This document shows positions 41,601 through 52,882 of a stretch of DNA of 64,000 nt, piece by piece. Origin of the DNA: Microcoleaceae cyanobacterium (GTDB taxonomy: Bacteria > Cyanobacteriota > Cyanobacteriia > Cyanobacteriales > Microcoleaceae). Position numbers and translations under genes: made by a program. Position 1 is the stretch's first letter; every line of letters starts with the position of its first letter. The stretch is taken from contig JBOFUV010000008.1 of NCBI GenBank assembly GCA_051652765.1, positions 9,643 through 73,642 on the forward strand, read 5' to 3'. A model generated the notes under the pieces. It searched no databases and was not told where the DNA came from. It was given only the letters and a program-made list of their open reading frames with translations.

Positions 41601-41761
41601 AGTGTAGCTACATCAAGTCAGTAATCATATCTTTACATTTTGAGTTCTCTACATTTTGAGTTCTCTACATTTTGAATTTGCTGGTTCAATATAGCTAGTT
41701 GCTGATATTGGGCGCTGCTGAGTAAAGGAATCAATCCCTCACTCAGCAAGGTCAGACTAAA

Positions 41762-43186
41762 TTAAGCTTCAAGCTGATGAATCTTGATGAAATTTGTTCC
41801 TCGGGAATGCTGTGTGGGAATCCCAGCAACGATTAGAATTTTGTCCCCCGCTTCAACGAATTTTCGTGAGAGGAGCACGCTTTCTGCTTGATTTACTAAA
41901 TCTTCAAAAGAGGTGACCTCATGGTCTAGTAAGATCGGTTTAACTCCCCAGGCAAGGTTTAGCCGGTGATAGGATCTGACCTCGGGAGTGAGGGCAATGA
42001 CTGGAGCACGGGGACGTTCTGCTGCTGCCAGTTCTGCGGTGTAACCACTGCCAGTAAAGGCAACGATACACTTCAAGTCCAAAATTTTGTCAATTGTGTT
42101 CAGGGCTTCGCTCAAAGCATGAGTTTCATCACTGTTTGCAGGAGGATAATTGACAAATTTTGCTTCTTTCTCCACGTCTGCTGCAATTCGGGCTAACATC
42201 TCTACTGCTTTCACAGGATAATCTCCAACAGCAGATTCCCCAGACAACATCACAGCATCAGTTCCATCCAAAATTGCATTGGCGACATCAGATGCCTCAG
42301 CCCGGGTCGGACGAGGATTGTGAATCATGCTTTCCAACATCTGGGTAGCTGTGATGACTGGAATCCCTTTTTGATTACAGAGCCTAATAATTTGCTTTTG
42401 GAGCAAGGGAACCTTTTCGGGACTTAGTTCCACTCCGAGATCTCCTCGGGCCACCATCAGACCATCACATTCATCGATAATAGCTTGCAGATTTGCGATC
42501 GCTTGAGGCTTCTCAATTTTGGCCATCACTGGAGTTTTCTCCGCCCCATGCTGGGCCATAAACTCCCTCAACCCTCTGACATCTTCAGCCTGACGCACAA
42601 AGCTCAGGGAAACCCAATCAACGCCTTGAGCCAAGCCAAATTCTAAGTCCTGCTTGTCCTTGTCAGTCATGGCAGGGAGTTGCAGGATTAAGCTGGGCAA
42701 GTTCACTCCCTTGCGACTCTTGAGAGTTCCTCCCTCAATGATTTTGCACTTTACGGAAGTGCCTGAAATCTCTTCAATCCGGAGTTCAAGCAAACCATCG
42801 TCTAGCAAAATTTGTGCACCTGGTTCGGCCTCCTCAGCCAGATGGGGGTAGTCAATGGAGGCTGTATCCGGTTGGCCATTGTATTCATCCATCGGTACAA
42901 ACGTGATGAATTCTCCCGGAACCAATTCCATAGAACCATTCGGTAGTTGACCCACGCGAATTTTTGGCCCTTGCAAATCTTGTAATAGCGTCACGGGAGT
43001 ATTGAGTTCTGCAGAAACCTGACGGAGGAGCTGAATTGTCCCAGCATGATCTTCATAACTACCATGGGAAAAATTGAGCCGAGCAACATTCATCCCAGCC
43101 TGAATCATTTGTTTCAAGATTTCAGGATCATGACTTGCTGGGCCAATGGTCGCGACAATTTTGGTACGATGACTTAGGAGTTCCAT
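41762..43186 (-). CDS. pyk: Pyruvate kinase
   Basis: [38 protein letters not shown]. Confidence 0.97.
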   Translation of the reverse strand: MELLSHRTKIVATIGPASHDPEILKQMIQAGMNVARLNFSHGSYEDHAGTIQLLRQVSAELNTPVTLLQDLQGPKIRVGQLPNGSMELVPGEFITFVPMDEYNGQPDTASIDYPHLAEEAEPGAQILLDDGLLELRIEEISGTSVKCKIIEGGTLKSRKGVNLPSLILQLPAMTDKDKQDLEFGLAQGVDWVSLSFVRQAEDVRGLREFMAQHGAEKTPVMAKIEKPQAIANLQAIIDECDGLMVARGDLGVELSPEKVPLLQKQIIRLCNQKGIPVITATQMLESMIHNPRPTRAEASDVANAILDGTDAVMLSGESAVGDYPVKAVEMLARIAADVEKEAKFVNYPPANSDETHALSEALNTIDKILDLKCIVAFTGSGYTAELAAAERPRAPVIALTPEVRSYHRLNLAWGVKPILLDHEVTSFEDLVNQAESVLLSRKFVEAGDKILIVAGIPTQHSRGTNFIKIHQLEA

Positions 43187-43300
43187 AGGTTTCAACTGTT
43201 GTAAGGTTTAAATTACAGAGCTTAGAGTTGGAAGGCTTATAGACTTAACCGGCGTTGCTTGAACTTTGAGTTTGAATATCAAGCCCTTTGAATATCAAGC

Positions 43301-44299
43301 CTAAAGTTCGAGTTGACGAATCACTTCATACAAAGTTTGGCCAGATTTTCGCAATAAAACTTCCTCCGTTTCACTTAAGGAGAAGTTGACAGTTTTGCTG
43401 ACTCCTTGACGGTTCACAATTGCAGGTATGCTAATGCAAATCTCCGGTAAGTCATAAATACCTTGAACTAGACTACTCACCGTTAAAATCCGGTTTTGAT
43501 TTCGCAGAATTGCTTTAACAATATCTGTAACTGCCAAACCAACTGCATACGAAGTGTAACCCTTTCTTTGAATAATTTCATAGGCTGCATTTTTGACATG
43601 TTCAAATATCTCAGTGAGCTCAGCCGAGCTGCATGGGGGACTTCCTTCCCAATCGCCATCACAGATTTTCGTCCCAGCAACGTTGACCCTGCTCCACACA
43701 GGCACCTCACTATCGCCATGTTCGCCAATCACAGAGGCATGAACGCTACGAGAATCAATGTTTAATTTTTCTGCTAAGAGTGTCCGAAAACGAGCTGTAT
43801 CTAGTACAGTTCCTGAACCCAAAACCCTTGAAATTGGAAAGCCAGAAAGCTTCAGACTGACATAAGTCATAATGTCCACAGGATTGCTAACAATGAGCAA
43901 AATACTATTTGGACAGTGCTTCGCGACATCCCCAATTAAACCTTTGAAAATCTTGACATTACGCTGAACTAAATCTAAGCGAGTTTCTCCCTCTCTCTGA
44001 CTTGCCCCAGCAGTAATAATTACAATATCAGCACCTTGACCCGCATCTGCTACCGTTCCGGCCTTGACTTTAGTTGGTGAAATAAAAGGAATGCCATGAG
44101 CTAAATCCATGACCTCACCTTCAACCTTGTCCGTAGCAATATCTTGCAAAATCAACTCATCAAAACAATCTTGAATAAGTAGAGAGTAAGCACAGGCCAT
44201 CCCGACCTGGCCTGCACCAATAATAACGCCCTTGCGAGGGCGAATTGTGCCAAATTGATTCTCTATTATTGGATTAGCATTGAACAATTTTTCTAGCAT
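43301..44299 (-). CDS. ldh: L-lactate dehydrogenase
   Basis: [19 protein letters not shown] (Gln at the specificity position), NPVD, GEHGDS. Confidence 0.92.
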   Translation of the reverse strand: MLEKLFNANPIIENQFGTIRPRKGVIIGAGQVGMACAYSLLIQDCFDELILQDIATDKVEGEVMDLAHGIPFISPTKVKAGTVADAGQGADIVIITAGASQREGETRLDLVQRNVKIFKGLIGDVAKHCPNSILLIVSNPVDIMTYVSLKLSGFPISRVLGSGTVLDTARFRTLLAEKLNIDSRSVHASVIGEHGDSEVPVWSRVNVAGTKICDGDWEGSPPCSSAELTEIFEHVKNAAYEIIQRKGYTSYAVGLAVTDIVKAILRNQNRILTVSSLVQGIYDLPEICISIPAIVNRQGVSKTVNFSLSETEEVLLRKSGQTLYEVIRQLEL

Positions 44300-44710
44300 A
44301 AAGCCTCCAGTGGAAACCCTGTTAATCGTTGATTTTTCTCATCTTTGAGATAGCAATACCTGTAAAAAAATACAGATAAAACAACTGAAATATAACAACA
44401 ATTTGAAATTAACGATGATCTTTCAATCTTGCCTATTCCAGCTTGCTTAGAATTCTACCATCCCTATGTAAAGTTAATTTCAAAAGCAATGTGAGCATAA
44501 TTTATGCATAATCTAGCCTTAACCTTTTTTGAGGATTTATTCTTTATTAGCAATCCTTATGATGGAACGAATCTACTGGATTCCAGCGCTTTGTCAGAAG
44601 AGTTTCAAAGATCCCACCTTTTACAATGAGAATTCCTGATCCTTTATGGCTATCATTGCAAGTCTCTGAAAAATGTATAACAATAGTTGTGAAATCAATG
44701 GAGAGCAAAC

Positions 44711-44896
44711 ATGTTTCTATCGTTTGGCAAGTCATGTTGGGATTGGGAACCTGAATCTCGCAAAGCGTCTCAACAACGCAAATTAAAGTTTCTTAAATGG
44801 ATGCGAGATGATCTTGAAACCAGATTGGCTGGACTCAATGCGGCAATTGATACAGTTGAACGTCAATTAAGTCAGGAAGACATCTCTTCTTCGTAA
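44711..44896 (+). CDS. Small coiled-coil hypothetical protein
   Basis: GGAG RBS; amphipathic MRDDLETRLAGLNAAIDTVERQL; divergent from ldh. Confidence 0.65.
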   Translation: MFLSFGKSCWDWEPESRKASQQRKLKFLKWMRDDLETRLAGLNAAIDTVERQLSQEDISSS

Positions 44897-44997
44897 TCTT
44901 TACATCTTTTTTTGAAAAGCCATCTGATAGTTTGCGGTGCAGCTAGAATGTCTGAAAAGGTTTGGCTTGCACTTTATCTTCAATACATTGGCTCTAC

Positions 44998-45954
44998 TTA
45001 AGGGTCATCTTTAGGATTGACTCTAAAACTGGCGCGATTCTCAAAATAGGCATTGTATACCGCTTGAACGTTGTACCAGTTGAGAAAAACCCGAGCAATT
45101 TCTAGTGCGAGTTGAGGTTTTCCCTGATCAATCAACCACTGTAAAAACCCTGACATTGTATGCTCATTTAACATCCCACCAACGGACAAGGTTCCCCAGA
45201 GAATCTTGTGCAGGATAGTCATCTGAATCATCATCCGTACTTCCAAGGTTGGATGCTTCTGGTAGAATACAACCCCCATTCGTCCCCGCTGAATTTCTCG
45301 ATCAATGAGTTGGGGAAGTTGCTTGAGAGAAAAAGCAGGATGCCAATGATAACCTGCCGCTTTTGGACACTGTACTAACTTTAGCCCTAACTTTTTTAGC
45401 CGCACACCCAATTCCAAATCTTCCCAACCATATTGTTGAAATTGAAGGTCGAATAAACCTGCTTCAACTAGCCAATGGCGGGCGATTGCTACATTTCCTG
45501 TTGCGAAATAGGCTGCTGAAAAATCTGTTGGTTTATAAGGTTCAGAAGTGGGATTTTCAAAGTTGCAAGTGTTGATCACCCGCCCGTAAGTAAAAACTTT
45601 CTCTGAAATTTTCTGGGCTTGAGTCAAAGTTTTTGCATGGCTTTGGAGAAAGGTTTGTGTGACGACCAAGTCACTGTCAATAAAAATAATTGTGTCCCCA
45701 TTTGCCTGTTCAATCCCTAAATTTCGGGCTGCTGCAGGCCCCTGATGAACTTGACAAAAGTAGCGAACATGAGAGAACTCAAGTCGATGATTTTCTAACC
45801 ATTCAATAGTTCCATCTGTAGAGCCATCATCGACTAGGACAACCTCATAATCTGTGAACGATTCTTCTTCTGGTAGTTGATATTCTAATGCTCGTAAGCA
45901 CTTCTCTAAAATGGGTAGACGATTATAAGTTGGAATAACAATACTAAAAAACAC
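44998..45954 (-). CDS. GT2 glycosyltransferase
   Basis: SIVIPTYN, VDDGSTD, FIDSD, GWED. Confidence 0.9.
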   Translation of the reverse strand: MFFSIVIPTYNRLPILEKCLRALEYQLPEEESFTDYEVVLVDDGSTDGTIEWLENHRLEFSHVRYFCQVHQGPAAARNLGIEQANGDTIIFIDSDLVVTQTFLQSHAKTLTQAQKISEKVFTYGRVINTCNFENPTSEPYKPTDFSAAYFATGNVAIARHWLVEAGLFDLQFQQYGWEDLELGVRLKKLGLKLVQCPKAAGYHWHPAFSLKQLPQLIDREIQRGRMGVVFYQKHPTLEVRMMIQMTILHKILWGTLSVGGMLNEHTMSGFLQWLIDQGKPQLALEIARVFLNWYNVQAVYNAYFENRASFRVNPKDDP

Positions 45955-46021
45955 AGATTCTCTGATTGTATTTCTAAACTTTGCTTCTAAACTTTACTTC
46001 TGAACTTTATCTCTAAACTTT

Positions 46022-47431
46022 CTAAAGAATCTGACGATTCACCATTTCAATTTTCTGTAGGAAGTAGTCTTCTCCATGCTTCAATTGTCTGGCCAATTCC
46101 AACCCTTTATTAAAGGACTCTAGAGCCCGCTGAAAGGCTTTTTGCTCAAAATAAATCTGACCTATATTACCATAGCTACTCATCATCCCATAAACATTAT
46201 AAGACTGTTGATAGATTAACAATTGAGCTTGATAGAGTTCTAGGGCTGTTTGATTCTGATCTTGGGCACGATAGAGCTTTGCTAATCGCTCCAACGCTTC
46301 ACTGGCATTGGCAAATTGTTGAATTGTTGTTGCTAAACTGTAGGCTTCCTGATAGTTTTGTCCAGCCTGTTGAAACTGACCTAACTGTTCATAATCTTGA
46401 CCAATAGATAGTTTTAGATCTGGAATTGGCTGAGGATTTTGTTGACTCAGATGATACCCAACTAGTTTTTCCTTAGCAGCAATGGCTTGTAACGGCTGTT
46501 GCAATTGTTCATAGACAAAAGCCAAGTTTTTTAGAGACTTGATTTGACTCGGCTGGTCGGCCTGCAAGTTTGGGTTTGTAGAGTCTGATCCATCTGGTAA
46601 GACTGAAGGAAGAGAAGGTAACATACCTTCATTTCTTAAGGACTGAATTTCTTGCTGAGTTTCTAATAATTCTTCATAGATGACAGCCGACTTGGGATAG
46701 TCTAGCCAGCTTAAGTAAACCTCAGCAACTTGATTTAAGGCTTGTTCTTCGGCTAGGATATCTTCTTGTTGACGGGCACTTTCTCGTAAGGTCTGATAGG
46801 TTTGAATAGCCAATTCTTTCGCTCGAATATCCTTGAAGGCAAGCCCTAAACTTTGCAGAGTTTCTATGTTTTCTACGGCCTCAGGTTGAACTTTTTGAAA
46901 GATTTTATCGAGACGTTCTGTGATGAACTTGAGATAAATTCCCTGATTATTGCTCCATGCAATTGTCCCAACACGACGCAAAGCATTGATTTCTGGAATC
47001 AATCCTAAATAGCGGCGCAAACGTAACTCCCGTGTCCACAAGGTGAATGCCTGAATTGGATTTCCACTCACTAAGGTTGCTGTGGCTTCTACATTCAATT
47101 GGTCTAAAACTAGAACCAATTCTTCTTGTTGACTCGGGCTTAGAACTTTACCTACTGCTGGAGGGTTGGGCAGTAATGGATCGGGTTCAGTGCTGTTTAA
47201 GGGATTGGGAGAAAACTCATCTAAAAGCTGCTGTTCTTGAGGCAGTTCTTCATTGTTTGAAGACTTTTCTTGAGCAATTGCGCTGCTGCAAAAAAAATAG
47301 ATTAAAAGAATCAGAACATAGGCTGAAATCCGAGTGCAGATGTTCTGAGAGTATATGTTCCAAGGATAAATATTCCAAGAATAAGTATTCCGAGAATAAA
47401 TGTATCGATTGAGAATAAACTGATGAGTCAT
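46022..47431 (-). CDS. Exported TPR protein (start uncertain)
   Basis: Signal-like hydrophobic segment ending AIA-QE; C-terminal TPR helices; degenerate 15-bp repeats near the 5' end. Confidence 0.7.
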   Translation of the reverse strand: MTHQFILNRYIYSRNTYSWNIYPWNIYSQNICTRISAYVLILLIYFFCSSAIAQEKSSNNEELPQEQQLLDEFSPNPLNSTEPDPLLPNPPAVGKVLSPSQQEELVLVLDQLNVEATATLVSGNPIQAFTLWTRELRLRRYLGLIPEINALRRVGTIAWSNNQGIYLKFITERLDKIFQKVQPEAVENIETLQSLGLAFKDIRAKELAIQTYQTLRESARQQEDILAEEQALNQVAEVYLSWLDYPKSAVIYEELLETQQEIQSLRNEGMLPSLPSVLPDGSDSTNPNLQADQPSQIKSLKNLAFVYEQLQQPLQAIAAKEKLVGYHLSQQNPQPIPDLKLSIGQDYEQLGQFQQAGQNYQEAYSLATTIQQFANASEALERLAKLYRAQDQNQTALELYQAQLLIYQQSYNVYGMMSSYGNIGQIYFEQKAFQRALESFNKGLELARQLKHGEDYFLQKIEMVNRQIL

Positions 47432-47606
47432 AAAGTTTTTTCTGTTTGACTTCTGTTGCAACTTCTCTAAATTCACCCCCTGAATAGACTCAATCTTTTT
47501 CCAATAAGTTTCGCGAGCTAGGATTTAGCAGATCCGTCGAAGCCATCCTAAATATTTTTAATAGTTTAGCAGGTTGATGACCATCCAAAGTTAGATAGAC
47601 GAAATA

Positions 47607-48587
47607 TTAGAGCGCCTTACTTTCGGGTTCGGGTAAGCTTAAGGATGGCAGTTGGGCGGTGTTGATCGGGCAAGCAGGACTGGCATCAATCTCCTCAATT
47701 TTTCTAATTTTCCGGGTCAAAATAACCTCTTCTTCCCGACGAACAATTGTACGAACTGGTGCAACACAAACAATGTCCCGTTCAGGATTACGGGGAAAAC
47801 TATCAAACGTCAGTACTTCTGAGTCTGCAGGTAAAGAGACAATAGAAACGGATACCTGAGGCGGTAACATAGAAAAACTTACAGGTTCATAGATGGTCAT
47901 TCCTGCCCAACAGTGAGCAGTTTCAGTCTCGCGCACTAAGGCTCCTGCGCCTGTATTTAGGTCGATTTGGATGAGTTGCCCGTTGCGGCTTAGCCCTAGA
48001 TATTCCCCCGTCACTCCGTACAACATGTCTCTATAGAACTTCATGCAAGTGAGATTTGGATAGCTAATCTCTCCAATCCGAGTCACTTTGCCTGTGCTCA
48101 AATTGCAGGTTGCTAATAGTTTCTTCTGATCATTTCCAATTAAGGTGATGTAAGCTTTTCCGGTGGAACTAAAGGTAAGCTCACCACAGTTATAAGCCGA
48201 ATCTGCAATAGTCATAACAGGAGTTCCTACCCCTGTAATTGGATTAATTGAAATCAACTCTTTAGCCGTTGAAGCATAGAGTGTTTTACGCACAGAATTA
48301 TAGGCCAAACCCACCGTGTAAAATCTCGTATCTCCGATCACAGTTGCCCGAGCTGTCGCTGGATCAATTCTAAGGAGTTGCATGGTTTGACCCCCAACTC
48401 TGTGGGCAATCCCATACAGTTTATCGTCTGCAAACTCAATGTCAAAAACTTCAGGAACAACCTCCCCAACAAAGGTCGGTTTTCCGGTCTCTAAATCCAG
48501 GTAGTACAGCTTGCTTGATTGACCTGAATAGCGATCTAAAACGTAAATAGTTCCTGAAGCAATGGGATTAAATTTTAGGTTAAACAT
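47607..48587 (-). CDS. Beta-propeller-like hypothetical protein
   Basis: Repeated LY..IDxxTG..T.IG blades. Confidence 0.65.
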   Translation of the reverse strand: MFNLKFNPIASGTIYVLDRYSGQSSKLYYLDLETGKPTFVGEVVPEVFDIEFADDKLYGIAHRVGGQTMQLLRIDPATARATVIGDTRFYTVGLAYNSVRKTLYASTAKELISINPITGVGTPVMTIADSAYNCGELTFSSTGKAYITLIGNDQKKLLATCNLSTGKVTRIGEISYPNLTCMKFYRDMLYGVTGEYLGLSRNGQLIQIDLNTGAGALVRETETAHCWAGMTIYEPVSFSMLPPQVSVSIVSLPADSEVLTFDSFPRNPERDIVCVAPVRTIVRREEEVILTRKIRKIEEIDASPACPINTAQLPSLSLPEPESKAL

Positions 48588-49015
48588 AAGACGTAATCTT
48601 AACAGGTTAATGAGTCTAATATCAAGTCTAGCTAAACGGCCTTAGATTGTAACAGAGACATCTTGCCTGCGTCCTAATTAGTGTAGATCCTCAGAGAACA
48701 ATGATACCAAATCCTATAGTCAGAGGAGCAAGACACCATGTCGCCGCCTAGCTTTTCCCTTCAAGCTATCCTTGATGCAAAAATCGTTGATTCCCGAGTA
48801 GGACTAGTCTTAATAGCCAGTTGTGTGCCCTCCAGTTAGTGGTGCAAGCTGACCCAATCTTGCAGAGAGTTTCTGGCTCCAAATCTATTGCTTCAACTCT
48901 ATTTTACAATCTGAATATTTCTGCGTAAAGAATAGCCTAGGCTCAAGGGGATCTGAATAGCTGAGATCTCCCTCACTGATTTAAAAACTAAAAACCGCTG
49001 TATTGTGTATCTAAT

Positions 49016-52000
49016 CTAGAAAACACTCAGGGTACTTTCAATTAACTGTTTCCACTCTGGCAACTGACTCAATTCACCCCCTTCAAATGTATTACCTTTT
49101 TCTAGAGAAAGTCGGACAAAATCATTGATCCAATCTACAACTATTTCACTGGCAAATTCAAAGGGTGAGGATTGTAAAGCGTCTTGGAGAAACTGCACCA
49201 TTTCTGGATGATTTCCCCGGCGATAAGCTGACCACCCATTCCAAACGAGAGATGAGTAATTAAGGCGTTGATTCAGATGGTTAATCTTAGTCTGAACAAG
49301 GGAGAGTTGGGAAAATTCAGAATGGGTTTCAAGGTCAATCGCTTGCTGAATGACGGCTAAAGTTTCCCGTAACATTCGGTCTTCTTTAAACAATTGTTCA
49401 GCCCGTTGCTGACAGGCTTGACCAATTTTTTGCCTTAAATTGGAGTCTTCAGCCCAAACTTGTAACGTTGCGACCAGTTCCCGCACAGTACCTGCTGGAT
49501 CAACATTGGGATCGGGCAACAGTTTCCCGGTTTCCCCCAATCCCTCTGGAATTCCCCCCGCAGCCGAGGCAACCACAGGAAGACCTTTAGCCATGGCTTC
49601 CATTACAGCAAAGGAAGGGGCTGCTTCCGCCAGAGAAGTGAGGATAAAAATATCACTTGCATCCAGCCAATCCGGAATATCCCAGCGCTGTCCTAGGAAA
49701 ATCAGGCGATCGCTTAACCCTAATTTTTGGGCTTTTTCTTTGAGTTCCGGTTCTAAGTTGAGGTCGCTGCCTTGCCCTGTTCCTGCCCAAACAAAATACA
49801 GCTTTGACCGGGCTGAAGTTGTCTGCAATTGAGCGATCGCATCTAGCTGATAGTGATGCCCTTTAATCGGGGCTAAACGGGCTGAGGTGAAACAGAGAAT
49901 GCCCTCTTCAGGAATATTAAATTCTTGCCGTAGCCGTTGCCGAGTTTCAAGATTGGGTGGTGCAAAATACCGTTCGGAACGTCCATAATAAATGACATTT
50001 CCCTGGGTTTCAGGGAGTTTAAACTGTCGATGTAGAATCTCCAAATGTTCCTTGGCGGCAACGTTTACAGCCCTTGCCAAACCATATTGGTAAAGAACCC
50101 CTTCAGTATAGGAAATCCCATCTCCCATCGAAAAATTAACATGATCAGGAGTAGCTAATCCGAGGGCAATCATGTAAGGAATTTGTTGTTGAATCGCAAC
50201 TTGTTTGGCCGCAAAATGAGAGAAAGGCCAACCATCACTAAAGATTAAAAAATCAGGCTGAATTTCAGCGTACAATGCTTCAGCATCTTTTGTATTTCTC
50301 AGAATTCTGGAGAGATCCTGACTGGTACTATAATCCAACCAGAACTGTTGGATTCCCAGTGCTTTTTCCTGCTCTACTAAGGGACTAGAATGGCGCGGTC
50401 GAATTGCTGTAACCTGATGTCCTTTTTTGGCTAATTCACAGAGGATCAAATGATCATATTGAGCCAGACCTCCAATGCCGGGATCATCCGTGTTCATCAA
50501 GGCAATTCGGAGACTTTTTTGACTGGAAATACTCTGTTTAGTCGTTGAATCAGAAGGAGAAGCAACTGCTGCAGGTTGCCTCCATAACAAATCAAGTACT
50601 TGCTGCCATTCAGGGGTTTTTATTAGCTCTTGAATCTGAAATAGTTCACCATATTCTGCGGAGATTCTGCCAAATGCTTCAATCCAATGAGAAAGGGTTT
50701 CAGTGCGAGTATAGGGACTACACACTAGGGATTTTTCTAAGCAGTCCAACATCAGTTTTGGATAGCGATCACGATACATTCTCCAAGCCAACCAAACCCA
50801 TCGTTGATAGCGTTCTTTCGGTTGAAGTTTTTGAATTTCAGCAGGAAGATCAGGCCGATCAAAAAACTCATTCATGATTTTTTCTGTATTTTTAATCACC
50901 CGTTCCCCTCCGGACATCAAGTTACTATCATGCTGACGGTAACAGGCATAGACTTTCTCCAGCCAAACAGCTCGACAGCCCATTAACCCTAGACGCAATA
51001 CAAAATCCAAGTCTTCTGTTGGGGGATAACGATGGTCAAAACCACCCACTTTCTCCCACCAATCTCGTCGAATCATCATAGCACTGGGACGTACACATTT
51101 GTGCAATACCCAGGCCGCTAGATTGAGTTCAGGAATGGTCTCCCATGGGGTTAACATCGCGAGAGGTTGTTCGCTTGAATCGACAATAAACCACCCTGTT
51201 TGTACCAGATCAATGTCAGGATTTGAGTCAAAAATAGCAACTTGTTCAGTGAGTTTATCGGGTAGAAAAAAATCATCGCTATCTAGAAATGCCAGGAATT
51301 CTCCTTGAGCTAATTGACAACCCTGATTACGCGCGATCGCAGCGCCTTGATTATGTTGATAAACAGACTGAATCACATCCAAGTACGGCTGGAGAACTGC
51401 ATCAATGTTATCCGTTGAGCCATCATCAATGACAATCACTTCATACTTTTCATAGTTTTGCTCTAAGACACTGTAGACTGCTTTTTCAATAAATCGATCA
51501 CTGTTGTAAGCTGGAATAATTACACTCACTCTGGGCTTTTGTTTGGGCAAAATTCTAGTGATTAAATCTTGCCATTCTGATGAATTTCGAAGACGTCGAG
51601 TGTTCAGGGAATAGCCATAGGATTGACAATATCCCATAAATCGCTTCACCCAATCTGTGATGGTTAGAGGTTTTGACTTTGAGGTAAAAGATAGAGATTG
51701 TTCTAAATACACCGCCATTTCAACAAAATGATCGGTGTGATAGAGATGCCAAGCCATCCAAGTCAGCCCTTCATAACGGGCAGAGGTTTCGAGTTGCCGA
51801 ACTGACTCGGGTAAGTTGGGTTGGTTAAACAGGTGATCTTGAGCCGTAATGAACATTCTGGCTCGACTGACCGCACTGTAGGATGAAACTGCCTGTTCAT
51901 GCTGACGATACCCAACCGTTGCCTGAGGTAGCCACTTCGATTGACATCCAGCTAAGACTAAACGCCAAACAAAATCAACATCATCAACCCCATGAAATTG

Positions 52001-52543
52001 GGGATCAAACCCCCCAACCTTTTCCCACCAATCTTTGTGAAACATCATTGCCCCAGGCAGGATTGGCGTATGAATTACCCAGGTGGCCAAGTTCAGTTCT
52101 GGTAAATGATGCCAGGGCTCAATCTCTGAAATTTTCTCTCCCTGAAGGTTAATTAATCGCCAGCCACTATTCACAAGTCCGACCTCGGGATTGTTAGTAA
52201 AGCATCTAACTTGTTCTGTAAGCTTACTCGGTAGAAAAATATCGTCCTGATCCAACAAGGCAATCAATTGACCCTTTGCCGCCTCAATTCCTCGGTTTCG
52301 TGCGACTGCAACACCTTGATTTTCCTGTTGAATGTAGCGAACTTTGCTGCCGAACGACTGTACAATCCGAGCCGTCTCGTCAGTTGAGCCGTCATCCACT
52401 ACAATAATTTCATAATCACAATAATCTTGCTGCAGAACACTTGTAATTGCTTGAGCAACAAAGTGATCGCCATTATAAGCAGGAATAATCACACTCACAC
52501 AGGGACACCCTGTCATAGATGTCATTAGTTTACTCTTGTTCAT
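49016..52543 (-). CDS. Triple glycosyltransferase fusion GT2-GT2-GT4
   Basis: Two VSVIIPAYN/DDGSTD/DxDD modules, then a GT-B domain with EAMAKGLPVV..GGIPE. Confidence 0.88.
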   Translation of the reverse strand: MNKSKLMTSMTGCPCVSVIIPAYNGDHFVAQAITSVLQQDYCDYEIIVVDDGSTDETARIVQSFGSKVRYIQQENQGVAVARNRGIEAAKGQLIALLDQDDIFLPSKLTEQVRCFTNNPEVGLVNSGWRLINLQGEKISEIEPWHHLPELNLATWVIHTPILPGAMMFHKDWWEKVGGFDPQFHGVDDVDFVWRLVLAGCQSKWLPQATVGYRQHEQAVSSYSAVSRARMFITAQDHLFNQPNLPESVRQLETSARYEGLTWMAWHLYHTDHFVEMAVYLEQSLSFTSKSKPLTITDWVKRFMGYCQSYGYSLNTRRLRNSSEWQDLITRILPKQKPRVSVIIPAYNSDRFIEKAVYSVLEQNYEKYEVIVIDDGSTDNIDAVLQPYLDVIQSVYQHNQGAAIARNQGCQLAQGEFLAFLDSDDFFLPDKLTEQVAIFDSNPDIDLVQTGWFIVDSSEQPLAMLTPWETIPELNLAAWVLHKCVRPSAMMIRRDWWEKVGGFDHRYPPTEDLDFVLRLGLMGCRAVWLEKVYACYRQHDSNLMSGGERVIKNTEKIMNEFFDRPDLPAEIQKLQPKERYQRWVWLAWRMYRDRYPKLMLDCLEKSLVCSPYTRTETLSHWIEAFGRISAEYGELFQIQELIKTPEWQQVLDLLWRQPAAVASPSDSTTKQSISSQKSLRIALMNTDDPGIGGLAQYDHLILCELAKKGHQVTAIRPRHSSPLVEQEKALGIQQFWLDYSTSQDLSRILRNTKDAEALYAEIQPDFLIFSDGWPFSHFAAKQVAIQQQIPYMIALGLATPDHVNFSMGDGISYTEGVLYQYGLARAVNVAAKEHLEILHRQFKLPETQGNVIYYGRSERYFAPPNLETRQRLRQEFNIPEEGILCFTSARLAPIKGHHYQLDAIAQLQTTSARSKLYFVWAGTGQGSDLNLEPELKEKAQKLGLSDRLIFLGQRWDIPDWLDASDIFILTSLAEAAPSFAVMEAMAKGLPVVASAAGGIPEGLGETGKLLPDPNVDPAGTVRELVATLQVWAEDSNLRQKIGQACQQRAEQLFKEDRMLRETLAVIQQAIDLETHSEFSQLSLVQTKINHLNQRLNYSSLVWNGWSAYRRGNHPEMVQFLQDALQSSPFEFASEIVVDWINDFVRLSLEKGNTFEGGELSQLPEWKQLIESTLSVF

Positions 52544-52882
52544 ATCCTATTATTTTGTATAATACGTTAATTTAGATCATTAGAAAATGAATTAAGAGCA
52601 TAACCCATGTCACATAAGCTTCCTACTCTTAGAAATCTAGAAGGACAACAGTTTAAGCATCTTAAGCGAGAAATTAAGTGGACTCTAAAAAAGTCGTTCT
52701 ATTTTCTGCTTTTGTAGCGATTCCTTATATTAGATATTAATCTAATTATATTTGCCAGCTCAATTTCCAAGTTTCTAGCTGGATTCTTAATCGGATTTGT
52801 TCTTATCGCCTTTGCCCTAACCTACTTAATGCATATGCTGACTAAAGATATCTAAACGTCAGATTTAAATCTGTTAATTTAA

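Noticed and set aside
44360..44375. NtcA-like site upstream of ldh (similar case near 40568)
   Set aside because: GTA-N6-TAC spacing rather than N8
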